Under the pieces are notes generated by a model. It was given only the letters and a program-made list of their open reading frames with translations. It was not told where the DNA came from and made no database searches. From Albugo candida (taxonomy: Eukaryota): a stretch of 64,000 nucleotides of DNA. Both the position numbers and the translations under genes were made by a program. This document shows, in pieces, positions 12,621 to 25,030 of the stretch. Each line of letters begins with the position of its first letter. Within the stretch, counting starts at the first letter, position 1. The DNA lies in assembly GCA_040437565.1 (NCBI GenBank), contig JBDOQK010000018.1:434001-498000 (forward strand). The letters run 5' to 3'.

Positions 12621-15600
12621 ATGATAGCGCTGCTTACACAAATCCTTGTTTGGATTCGTCTTTTCCATTTGACAGTATCAGATACTATTTCTCCTTATGA
12701 GATCGAAACTAACAACCTGACAATTTCCTTCGTGAATGGTACTGTTATGAGATTCTATTTCGAATTACACGCGAGATAGTAATCAATTTCTTAATAGAAG
12801 CAAATGCAATAACAAATGATAAATGGAGCGAGTCTAAACGTGCAACTCCACCCTTATATCCTTCTCAGCCTCCGACTTGGGAGAATGTGAATGACGACAA
12901 TATCGATACGCTGGGGTCGAATTATGTTGATGCTGCAAGAGTTCTTGATTTAACGACTCAGTCAAATACATATGCAGATTTGGAGACAACTACTTTACTT
13001 GGTCCTGAATCATTTGATGTTCCATCAGTTGCGAACAAGAAAGGAGTAGAATTATCGAAACAGATTGGTTCACAAAACATGATAGGTGACTGTAAAATCT
13101 ATGTGTCAGTGTACTATTCGTCCAATTGACCTTTTTGGTCCGCAAATGTACACAGTAGGCGCACGTATTTTCCAACAACATATCGGTGTGCCAGGCATCA
13201 TGAACTCGGAATCAGACCGACCACTACCATTTATCATGGTCAATGCCGCACAAGAAAACGATCGAATGCTACTGGCTGGCTCTACTTTTCAAAGAGGCAG
13301 TCGTCCTCTGCCATATGTACGCTGACCAGATGTTCTCATTTCCAAGGAAACCGAAAATGATGTTCTATTGCATAGTCCCCAATTTTTTATCAGGATAGTA
13401 TTTGTCGCTGTAGCCAAGCGCTTTGCCAAGCAAGAGAACGCGGACGTGGCATCCGTCACTCATGCGTACAGCCCTCAATCGATGGATCCTGCCCTTCAGG
13501 TTATCATCGATGTGGTCAGACTTTGTGCGTTCTGCCATGGTGAAGCTGTGACTTATTGTGTATGCTGTAGAAATCCATACAAATCTCTACCAAGTGACCG
13601 TCGAGCCCGCTGTTTCATATAGCGTCATTGACGTGTCTTTTTCTTTCCTGGTAACAGATATCTTGGAATCGGAGCGACACCTTCCAAGTACTTTTGTTGA
13701 AGGCTCCACAAGAACATGGTGGATGATTTTGTCGATCCCCTCGGATTGGCACTTTGTCACCTGGAACCACACTCTGGTAGAACTTCGGGTGAAGAACACG
13801 ACGACGGGTATTGACATCGTCAACTTTGTTCAGCTCAGTAGATGTCAACAAAGCATCATTGACGTGGAATGTCCTCCAATGATTGGAATGGGCCACTCAA
13901 ATTATGGATTGATGAAGTTACCAGACTGGTATTATGAGGCGAGTACTTCTCGTGAAATGCATGGAAATGTAGCAACATTGACTACACGTAAAAGTATCGT
14001 GAGCGGCTCGAGTCACACTACAGCTTCACTTCACATCTTTTTGGCATCCCAAGAACGAAGCCTGATACAGAATTTCGCAAAATCAAGTCCTATCATTCAC
14101 TCTGCTGTAAAGGAAGTCACTGTAAAAGACTCTGGATCAACACAAAATACGCAAAGGTTGCTTAAACAACCCCAGTCAGCTGGTTACAGATCACTTGCGT
14201 CCATGACAGTTCCATCGATAAAGGACGAGCATATACAATCATCACTCATATGGATAGAGCGAGATCGAAATCGACTTACTCTTTCGTTCACAACCTCAAT
14301 GGTTTTACAGAATGGAACAAGAGATTACAAAGTATGTCTCAATTTACATTCCCCAACCTGCAGAGCCATGGGCCCGCTGTCCGATGTATCTTTAATGCTT
14401 TCGAATACCGTTTCTGCTACGTACACACGCGATAGTAACCCCTTTTTGAACCTTTTTGCAGCCCCAAATGATCTGAACATGAGTGTGGTTTCGCTTGGAC
14501 CGGAGCACTTTTGTGTCGTCGGTTTGGTTCCCACCGGTTCATTGATGAATAAATCCTGGGAAATACGTGGTCGATTCAATTTCCAAATCCAGATCAATAA
14601 TGTGGTTGCAGAAAGCAAGTCAACCGAGATGGCATCGCGACGTGGCCGATTACCTTCACTAGGCCTCTTGGAGCTTCGAGATAGATTCGGCACAATTGCT
14701 ACAGATTGCCCACAAGTTCTGATTCATCAACAGATCGGTATGATAAACTCAAAGCAATACTTGTAATCGTTTCTGAGTCGCTGACAATGTGTTTGGACAG
14801 CAACAACTCGCGGCCTGAGTGTTTATAGTGTCATGTCTATCATAATACACTGTGTCGCAATGGCTGGTGCTATTCTGATCACACGGATGGTGAGTTTTCT
14901 GTGTGTGTCAATAAATGGAATCAACTGACAAAGTGTCGTAGAATGGAATTTCTTTCTCAAGCCAAACATTTTTCAACGATATGACAGCAACTTGTGCCAT
15001 CTTAATTTTCGCACTTGCCATCATCAAAAATGCCATTTGGTTCGTAGATATCAAATGCAATTTTTTGATCTCCAGTTGAATGTTGTGATAAACGCTAGGA
15101 TCTCAAGCTCTGTTGGATTGAATAGTTCGGCATCGCATGTCTACTTTTTGATTTCACAGATACGTGAGTGCGTGACATGGACTTTATTGACGGCGGTTTG
15201 CTGCCATTGGAGTGAGATTCTTCGGGTGGACAATCGCAATAAACTACCCACGTTGCTTATCTTCATTCTCGTAAACAGTATTTACTATGGTGTCAGTCTT
15301 TTTTTCATTATTAATTTAACGTCCATGTTTACATGCACGTACGATGATTACGTGGATAATCCTCTCTACGACAAACGAATATGTGGTAATGATCACTGTC
15401 CGGATCTGCAGCCTTACCAGTGGGAATTCGCTGTACGACAAGTTTGTCGTGATGTACCTCATTCGGGATGGTTCTTTCCTGTCATTGTAAGCCAACAGGT
15501 TCTCAATTCCATGGTCTCATTTGGATTATTAGTACTCGGCTTCCATGTCTGGCGTCGGGGCAACAGATTACTTCAACACTCGGGTAGTTATGTGAACAAT

Positions 15601-18600
15601 GAACATATATTGACCGCTATGAGAAGGTCTCTTGTCAAGTTTGTCGCTGTAATCGGTGCAGTTTGGGTTGCATCGAGTATTGGAGTCATCATTTATCTCT
15701 ACCTTTACATCAGTGATACTTTTATGCCGCCCGTACCATGGTACATATTCGTGATCTGGATCCCGGTCATCGTTCCTCCGTGTGCTCTGCTTTTATTGCA
15801 ATGGAATCCAAGACTGAAAAATCTGAGCTGGAAAGAATCAATGGAGGTAACAGGTAAACGCATGCGAACACAAGTCACTGCTGTTGACCCCGAGTCGGAA
15901 CTACATCTCGAAACAGGCTCTTGTTTCGACAACTACTTGGCACCTAATGAAACCAACGCTGGAAGAGACGACGAGTTTGAAGGTCCAGAACTTCCAGGTT
16001 ATTTTGCCATGTACACACCTGCTGCTGAAACGCACCTGGATAAGCTAGAAGGCACGATAGGAGTTGCCCTGCAACTATCGCTTCCAGTTTTAGACGATGC
16101 ATGTTCACTCTACTTTATCGAACTATATATGCTCGAAATGAGCAATGACATTATCGGTTTGAGCCCAGCAGCATACCTTCATGGAAATAGTGGACGAAGC
16201 CCAAATGTATGCTATGGCGACGATGATTTCAACTGCATGGAACCTCTACAGCAATCTTCATTCCAGTTGGAACGGTCAAGTATCAACGCATTGGTAAAGA
16301 CAAGCTTACAATGCGGTCCTTGGATCGGGAACACCACTGCGAATACTAGCACCAGCATTTCTACTGGAGCTCTAACATCGAGCGGGTACCGGCTCTCAAT
16401 GTTGTCCAAATCATCCCAATGGAAGCGAATTGGCGCTACCGAACCAGTTCAAGCAAGCACGGACGAGGGGAAAGTTCGTTTGATCAAATTTTCAACGATT
16501 TTGCAAATTGCTTCGGAGACAAGCAATCCTCTCGTCAGATTTGTGGTGTGCACAATTCCCCAACTTTTAAAAGATCAGGTGTCAACTATCAAGCAAAAAT
16601 TCGCTATTGCGACCGAGAATGGCGCAATATCTTCTTCAGTGTCCAGGCCGAAACTTCTATGTGAATTCTCATGCTTCTCGAATGAAATGCTTGGTAGCGC
16701 CGCACTCACAATCGTTGCTAGCAATACTATGCCCAGCGAAGTGTACGAATCAAATCGACACATATCCCCATCAGGCTTTGCTAAATCACCGCACAATCCC
16801 GAAGCCCTGCAAAGCCCCCAACTGCATGTGCAAGTCATGTCTGTTGCCGCGAAACCTCTGAATGAAAGCACCGACTTTTTGATATCCCGATGCTTTCAGT
16901 TCGGGGATGAGAATGAAATGGTGATTGAAGACATGATCGAGTGCGTCTTGACCAATGAAATTCCCATTCAAGTCCTGCAGATCCTACGTAAAGACCGAGC
17001 TGAAGATCTCATGTTAGCTCAAGCCGATCTGGAAGAATTCAAAGGAAAATGTCAAAGCGGGCTCATGGGTGGGCTGTATGATAGTGTGATTGATCAGATA
17101 CAAGACGAGAACGACCAATCTGCGATTCAAACTTGGCTACAAGACAGGGTGCAAAAACGTGCAGCTTATATCGAGCTGATGAAAAGATGTCACCAAGCAA
17201 GCTTCGATCGTGCTCGAGAAGGAAACTACTTCCGACCCAGTACGGAAAGAAAAAATGCTCTTTTACAATTCCTTCCCGTCAATATGGTACGTTGAGCATT
17301 GATGTAAGGTAGCTGTGCTGACCGACACTTCTTTGAACAGCATATCCAAGATATGTGGGTGGGTCCAACAGTAGATCTTCGTTCACAACAATCTCGTCGT
17401 GTATCTGAGTCTGTCAGCTGTTATTCAACGCTATCCGTTGGGGCTTTTGCCGCTCATTCTTTAGGATTTCGTCATGGAACTGGAATTCTCGGTCTAGAAG
17501 GAAAATATAACAAGTTGATAAATCGTCAGCCACGTCCTTTTGCAGATACCAATATAAGTAAAAGCAACAATACACCCCAAGGTGTTGACTGGAGGCGCCA
17601 TGAACACCAACAGGAAGATGATTTGCAATGGCACATCACAACCCGAATGGATATCTGCCTTACGCAAGCCCTAGCTGCTCTTGTAACTTCATTCTGTCGT
17701 CACTTTGAAATGGCATTACAGAATCGACGTTACCACCATCTTCTTATCATTCTTGAGCGCATTGGATTCTTGTTCCAGGTTGAAAGCTTATTATCTACTC
17801 ATGGCAAAGAGCTTGGAATGTTGGAAGATTTTGCAGCTGCAGTGGACATGTTGAAGCATGTAACTTTTGTCTTGGATTGTTCTGGTGACTCCTCCAAGTC
17901 AAATACGGCTTCCACGAAGATATTGTCGTCATCTTTGATCAACTTGCACATGAAGAACAGTGAGCTTCCTTGTATCGTGTCAGTTCGTGTCACTGGTGGT
18001 GCGCGAACTCGGGCTTATGTCGTAATTGTAAGTCTGCGCTGCACTTCAAGCGTTCTGGATGTCATTCCAACCGCACTGAGAGGACAGAAGGCGATTTCCG
18101 TGCTTCCAATACTTTTCACACAAGGAATTAATGAGATGCAAACATTAGCCAACAATTCGAGTGGAAAAAAAACTCTTTTACAGGACGCAATCAATCAGAA
18201 AAGCTGCATTGAGCTGGACACATTCATAAATGAGTACAAAAAAGTGGCTTCCATACAGGTATGTCTCATCAATATATATCCATATCGCCTCTAATGAGCC
18301 TTTTAGTCGGAGCCCTTTGCATCTAATATCTCCTTGATTGAGAATGTCGCGTCGGAGCTGAGAAATAGGATATTGCAAGCGAGTAAACGCGTTGTGAAAA
18401 CAAAAGATCCTGAAATTCTACAACTTGGATCGCGCTTATGCCGACTGCTTGGAGGTGGGCGTGCGACTTCATGCAAAAGTGCTAAAGATCGCACAGGAAT
18501 GTCTGTGACATTGGAACAAGGGAATCTTTTGGTAGCAAACCATGGTTTACCACAACACAGATTACCCACTGTAGTTTCCACCATGCGAAGTAGTGGTGTC

Positions 18601-18726
18601 CGACTCGAAAATGTTTATAAAAACACGCACAAATATCTGTATGCTTTCAACGCACTGCAGCGGTCCATGTTTCCCGAGAAATATCGTTGCCCGGAGGGAA
18701 CATACGGCCGTGGAAACGTTAGTTGA
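12621..18726 (+). CDS. GPCR-like 7TM protein fused to a type I inositol polyphosphate 4-phosphatase (INPP4) domain, multi-exon
   Basis: Catalytic motif SCKSAKDRTGMSVTLEQ, plus GFLFQVESLLSTHGKELGMLED, LFTQGINEMQT and YAFNALQ..P..YRCPEGTYG, all typical of INPP4. About seven hydrophobic helices lie in 14.8-15.8 kb. The N-terminus MIALLTQILVWIRLFHLTVS resembles a signal peptide. Joining the 12.6-14.8 kb exons to the rest is inferred. Confidence 0.8.
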
Positions 18727-18844
18727 GATTACTATGTCGAAAATACAAGCGCGTCTTCATTTCTATCGTGCAGCTTGAAACAAAATGCGCCTTCTCATCA
18801 AACGTCGCTGTTTGCGGCTTTTAATCTTTAAACTCACTCGAAGT

Positions 18845-20171
18845 ATGTCGGATGCCGAGAGCGTGCAACAAGAATTACAAGCGTACCTCCAGGCCAAAGG
18901 AATCAACTCTCTGTTTATCAGCATGGTTGAATCACTCTTGTTGGCCAAGCCTGATAATCCAATCGCACATATTATTGAGTACCTGCAAACTCACTTTCCC
19001 GAGAAAGCACAATTCTTACAGAGAAAACCATCGTATGTGGGTCAAAACAGCGACGTGGATGACGCGAAAGAGCTCCGACACGGCAATCCGGGTGAGTCTC
19101 CTGAATGTGATACGAATTCTATGGGCCTGATGATGTACGTATTTCTTAGTTGAAGCGTCTGACGAAGAATCAGAAAGCGAAGAAGAAGATGATGACAATT
19201 TTGGTGAAATCTACAAACCGATCGCTACAAAGCAGTTGACGACCAAAGGTCGACGCATTTCGGTGTCAGCAGAAGCTCTTAATCCTCATGATGCGAAAAA
19301 ATTTGAGCGAATTGTGCACAATAAAACCATCGAGGAAAGAGTTCGAATTAGTAAAATTGTGGCAGAAAACTTACTCTTCAAGTCGATGGATGAGAAGCAG
19401 CATGAAATTGTCATGGATGCGATATTTCCGAAAGAATTCGAGCCTGAAGATATCATTATAAGGCAAGGCGCTGATGGCGATAATTTTTATATTTTAGAAA
19501 GCGGTGTTTGCGAGGTTTACAAGGATGGCGTCTTAGTGCAAACTGTACGTACGCTCTTGATGCCAAAGTTCTTGAACGACAGTATCAAGTTTTCTGTATC
19601 ATAGTGCACAGAAGCCATGTCCTTCGGTGAGCTGGCCTTGATGTATAATGCACCGCGTGCGGCAACCGTGAAAGCGACAGAAAAGTCAAAAGCCTGGGCT
19701 CTTGATCGACAGACATTCAAATACATAATTATGGAAACCACAGTAAAACGGCGTGAAGCACATATTGGCTTTATTGAAAAAGTTCCTCTCTTGGAATCAC
19801 TAAGTGAATATGAACGACTCACTGTCGCAGATGCACTCAAATCCGAAACCTTTCACGACGGGGAAGTTATTATCCGTCAGTGGGACGACGGGAATCACTT
19901 TTACATCATCGAGGAAGGTACAGCTGTTTGTACAAAGCAGATTTCGCCAACAGAAGCTCCATCGGAGATAGGATTGCTAACATCTGGAGCGTACTTTGGT
20001 GAGATTGCATTATTGACTATGCGGCCTCGCCAAGCCACAGTCACTGCAAAGGGTACAGTCAAGTGTCTGTCGCTCGATAGGAAGACATTCAAAAGAGTCA
20101 TGGGACCATTAGAAGATATCCTGAAGCGCAATCTCGACGGGTACAACACTGTGATTGCCAATAACATCTGA
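18845..20171 (+). CDS. PKAR: cAMP-dependent protein kinase regulatory subunit (D/D domain, RRxS inhibitor site, two cNMP-binding domains), 3 exons
   Basis: D/D domain YLQAKGINSLFISMVESLLLAKPDNPIAHIIEYL. Inhibitor site GRRISVSAE. Phosphate-binding cassettes FGELALMYNAPRAATV and FGEIALLTMRPRQATV. Introns at about 19.09-19.15 kb and 19.55-19.60 kb. Confidence 0.95.
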
Positions 20172-20226
20172 GTCGAAAATGCACAGCAAATGCGAATGCA
20201 AAAGTCTCAGCTGCAATAAGTCTTTT

Positions 20227-21130
20227 CTATTGCTTTCTTTCTAATATCTCGACAACAAAGCTATGATTTGTATATACACAAACATCCGCTGCTATAGACA
20301 TTGCTTTACGTCCAACAGCTTCTGCATCCATTCCAGGCTGATCAATCAATGCTCGAGCAGCGGCTAAACGCGTGACGATGAGGATATAATCTTATGACTG
20401 GTTGATAGTGAAAAGTAGTTACTCACCCAAAGCATACTGCCCACCCGATCCGGTGCCAATGATTCCATCATGCGGCTCAATAACGTCCCCGTTTCCTGTC
20501 AATGTGTATGATTGATCAAGGTCGGATACAATCAAAATTGCCTATCGAATCCCTCCAGTTTACCGAACGCTACATCACATCAGCCAATCTTACATACTTC
20601 TAGATGCCGTAAATATTTGTCCATACGCCAATTCTTTGCAAGTTCGACACAGGCTCGAGTGAGTTGTCCTTGCAACGTAACGACTCAGCTTGTAATGTAG
20701 TCTCGGTATAACAGTACCTGGATACTCTTCTAATTTGCTTTCCAGACGTTCCATAAGTGTAAAAGCATCCGCGGTTGAGCCAGCAAATCCTGCGACAATT
20801 GTGTCATTGATTCGACGAACTTTTTTAGCGTTGGGTTTTACGACCGTATGGCCTAACGAGACTTGTCCATCGCCAATCAAACACTTGACAGCGACTTAAG
20901 TCCTTTATCATGAGTTCCCATTGTCATAGTAATGTACATTACCACTTTTCCGTCTTTCTTTACACACAAGATTGTAGTGCCATGCATCTTCACGTCAAGC
21001 AGAGTCAGAAAGTAAGTACAAATGACAAGAAGAAGCTTACAGCCGGTTGTGAGGAGAAATTGCACGACCCGTGTGAAAACTCCACAAATCTAGCTACTTT
21101 TACACAAGGTGGCATAACATGACGCAGCAT
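20227..21130 (-). CDS. hslV: ATP-dependent protease subunit HslV (ClpQ), probably mitochondrial, multi-exon
   Basis: Contains [78 protein letters not shown] and C-terminal [11 protein letters not shown]. An N-terminal presequence-like exon starts at ATG 21130. Confidence 0.93.
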
Positions 21131-21288
21131 CGATATAGATCTGCCGCGGACAAAAGAGCATGAGGACAGCATTATTTGATTCTCGTGGTGCACACGTATT
21201 TATGTATCCACAACACCAGTTTAGGTACTTACCTGATCGTGAGCCGCGCGTGTTTCGATAGACACTCGACACGCGACATCACTGCGAA

Positions 21289-24022
21289 ATGGAAAGCGTA
21301 GACAGCGCCTTACGATTCCTCCAAAAGCAATTTTCAGGATTCGAAAATGAAGCGATACAATGGAGTATTGAGAGAAGATGTTTAGAGGATAAAGTCAAAG
21401 AACTCGAGAATGAAAAAGTAGAACAAGAAGACCGATTCAAAGATGCTTTATTGCGCATCAAAATGCTCGAATTTGCACTACGGCAGGTTTCTGGACACAG
21501 TTTAGACGCTGATCTAATGAATGCATAACGTTTTTAGCTGTGTAGGAGCGCGGTCGATATTTGGTGTCGCCTGCACCGGTGACAAGCGTTTCGAATGTAT
21601 ACGCACGCAGAACGGCTTCCACTAGTAATAGTAATGGGCCATCAAATAGCGGTAATGGACACTTCAGAAAAACACCGTCTGGAGCAGAGATATTTCGACG
21701 TGTTTCTAGTGGCACTGAGCGAGCGCAAGAGACCGTTCAGTATACGACGCATTCGGATCCACCATCAAGCGAAAGCAAAATGGAGTCTCAAGTTTATCGA
21801 CTGGATGGAAATCTGAATGCGAAGAATAAATTACTGGAAACTGAAATCTCCCGTGAGATTTCGCGTCCTAAACGAAATTCACGGGTGAACATTAGCGGTA
21901 ATTCCGTGACAACGGATGGTACTGTAGCGAGATATCAGGGATGATAGCGGTATGACTTCCGTTATGTACAGAGTCATCCGCAAATAAGCCCTTTAGCATT
22001 CCTCAAGCAGCAAAAAGCAACCAATGCACACACAAGCTCAAAGTTAAGCTGCTCGGTCATCTGGTACGATTGCATACTTCACTCGAGCCAATCACGCCAA
22101 ATTCACTCTCAATGTAACTTCTAGGATGCAGTACGTTCACTATGTTTTCATCCAACGGAACCAATAGTAGTTTCAGGTAGTGAAGACTGCACCGTTCGAT
22201 TATGGAATTTGGCTGGAATGAGCAATGGACCACCGGCGCAGCGGTTGTGAAAATCTAGTCATTCCACTGCCCTACTGGAGTTACGCTGATATATCATGTG
22301 CATGGTTAGATCAGCAGAGCTAGATTCTTTTATCACTTTGCGTAAGCACAGCGATTGTGTACTCGCCGTATCCATGATCAGTTCAGAAAATTATCCGGGT
22401 GCTCAGCCTGAGCGACTTGGAGCGTTCGCGACAGCTGGACGTGATGGGTCTATATCACTGGTTGAAATTCCACAATTGGATACAGAGAAAGTCGAACCTT
22501 ACACGTATGAGGNNNNNNNNNNNNNNNNNNNNNNNNNNNNNNNNNNNNNNNNNNNNNNNNNNNNNNNNNNNNNNNNNNNNNNNNNNNNNNNNNNNNNNNN
22601 NNNNNNNNNNNNCACTCTCAATGTAACTTCTAGGATGCAGTACGTTCACTATGTTTTCATCCAACGGAACCAATAGTAGTTTCAGGTAGTGAAGACTGCA
22701 CCGTTCGATTATGGAATTTGGCTGGAATGAGCAATGGACCACCGGCGCAGCGGTTGTGAAAATCTAGTCATTCCACTGCCCTACTGGAGTTACGCTGATA
22801 TATCATGTGCATGGTTAGATCAGCAGAGCTAGATTCTTTTATCACTTTGCGTAAGCACAGCGATTGTGTACTCGCCGTATCCATGATCAGTTCAGAAAAT
22901 TATCCGGGTGCTCAGCCTGAGCGACTTGGAGCGTTCGCGACAGCTGGACGTGATGGGTCTATATCACTGGTTGAAATTCCACAATTGGATACAGAGAAAG
23001 TCGAACCTTACACGTATGAGGAGTATCAAGAGCTTAAAGTCTACACAGAGAAAAAGGCACACGATGACGCTATTTGGCATTTACACGCCCACCCGTTATC
23101 AAACATCTTGTTTTCGGCTGGGGCGGATGGTGTAGTGAGGACTTGGGGAATTAATAAAGGTGCGAAAATCGTGTAGAGACCCAGAAAGAATCATGTCTCA
23201 CCCTTGTTGCATACTTATAGAAATCGCCTTGAAAAGTGAGCTCCGATGTACGTCAAACTATGACTCACAAGCCACAGGTACGACGAAAGTTATGGTGTAA
23301 CTGAAGTGCTCAATACGTGACGCAGGCCGCAACGCTGTGGGGGCTCTAGTACCAACATCTGTGCACACTATACTTACAGATACCAAGACTTGTGCAGTTG
23401 GGTACACGTCAGGGGCAATTGGGCAATTTGATTTTCATGGAGAACAACTTATCCAGCTCGTGATGGCGCCAAACATTGATCGATTTGAAGCCAGAGAGGC
23501 TCAAGTCAACAAGGTTACAACCCTCTCACAAATTCCAAAGTCGTGATACTCAAATCTTACTGCTTAGGTTGTTTCTCATCCAACAATGCCACTCATTCTA
23601 GCTGGTCATCAAGATGGACGTATTCGAATTTATGACTTACGCGCAGGTAAAGACATTCTTCACGGCTTGTAGTGACCATTGTATAAGCTGAGCATCATGG
23701 GATAGGCGAATGTATCGCATCAGTCAATGCTCATTTGGATGCGGTATCTTCCGTATCCATAGATGCTGCTGGGCTTGCATTTACATCGATTGGTCATGAC
23801 GGTTCCTTTCGCGTTTGGTCGATCACCGATCGACTTTGTGTCTTTGAACACATGGCAAGTCGATTTTATGAATGTACAATGTAGATATTCCCCAATTTCA
23901 TATTTTGTTCGTAGGCTCACAAATCAAAGTATTCCGAGGCAGCACACGATATCGCTTATCATCCTTCACGCAATTTTATCGCGACAGCAGGAGCGGATGG
24001 TGTCATAAAAGTTTTCCAGTGA
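21289..24022 (+). CDS. STRN: Striatin family WD40 protein (STRIPAK scaffold), multi-exon
   Basis: N-terminal LRFLQKQFSGFE....WSIER..LEDKVKELE...DALLRIKMLEFALRQER is the striatin coiled coil. WD40 repeats follow (SGSEDCTVRLWN, HDDAIW, SAGADGVVRTW, IATAGADGVIKVFQ*). The gene contains a gap-flank duplication around 22.1-23.0 kb. Confidence 0.92.
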
Positions 24023-24684
24023 TCAGGTTACGATGATATAGAGACATTATCATAGTATTATACTAATTATGGTATGAGAGAGCTCACTATTTAAATCAGT
24101 ATTTGAGTCTTACTTTTCTAGCCCTATATCGTCATCCGATACGTGCGTGTCGCAAAAGTTGCATGTTCGATAAATCGTTAGGCATTACATTGATCAAGCT
24201 TTAGGTCGCATGATCGTGTTTTGACCCTTTTCGAAGCTTCCAGAACAAGCAAAATCCATAAGATCAAGGTCGCTTAGTCGAATTCCTACNNNNNNNNNNN
24301 NNNNNNNNNNNNNNNNNNNNNNNNNNNNNNNNNNNNNNNNNNNNNNNNNNNNNNNNNNNNNNNNNNNNNNNNNNNNNNNNNNNNNNNNNTTCGTAGGCTC
24401 ACAAATCAAAGTATTCCGAGGCAGCACACGATATCGCTTATCATCCTTCACGCAATTTTATCGCGACAGCAGGAGCGGATGGTGTCATAAAAGTTTTCCA
24501 GTGATCAGGTTACGATGATATAGAGACATTATCATAGTATTATACTAATTATGGTATGAGAGAGCTCACTATTTAAATCAGTATTTGAGTCTTACTTTTC
24601 TAGCCCTATATCGTCATCCGATACGTGCGTGTCGCAAAAGTTGCATGTTCGATAAATCGTTAGGCATTACATTGATCAAGCTTT

Positions 24685-24981
24685 AGGTCGCATGATCGTG
24701 TTTTGACCCTTTTCGAAGCTTCCAGAACAAGCAAAATCCATAAGATCAAGGTCGCTTAGTCGAATTCCTACGTTTTTCGAACATCTAGAACCTATTCTCG
24801 CTCATAGGTATAAAGACAGTGTTCAGTCAGCACGATCGATCGATAATATCAATACATTTTACAAGCTACACGTCGCGTAGTCGTAGCTCTACCCTTTCGA
24901 ATGTTCCAGAACAAAATTCTAGCTCAAATGTGCCACATCAACGGGGGTCAAGATGTAACTCTTCTGTATCAGTCAACATTT
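24685..24981 (+). promoter_or_regulatory. Repeated GTCGC-N-TTTCGAAnnTTCCAGAA elements (heat-shock-element-like) plus Inr/FPR-like core promoter
   Basis: GAAGCTTCCAGAA at 24715-24727 and GAATGTTCCAGAA at 24899-24911 match GAAnnTTCnnGAA, with a degenerate unit near 24779. TCAGTCAACATTT at 24969-24981 is Inr/FPR-like. Confidence 0.55.
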
Positions 24982-25030
24982 GAAGGAAATCAATATATGA
25001 TTCACTTTCAATACGCGACGGATATAACAA

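Noticed and set aside
22100-24771. Apparent exon duplications in striatin and a second striatin 3' end
   Set aside because: Verbatim repeats on either side of the gaps at 22513 and 24290; assembly artefacts.
24685-24930. Repeat-spacer pattern as a CRISPR-like array
   Set aside because: Units are few, highly imperfect and irregularly spaced, in a eukaryotic promoter with no cas genes.
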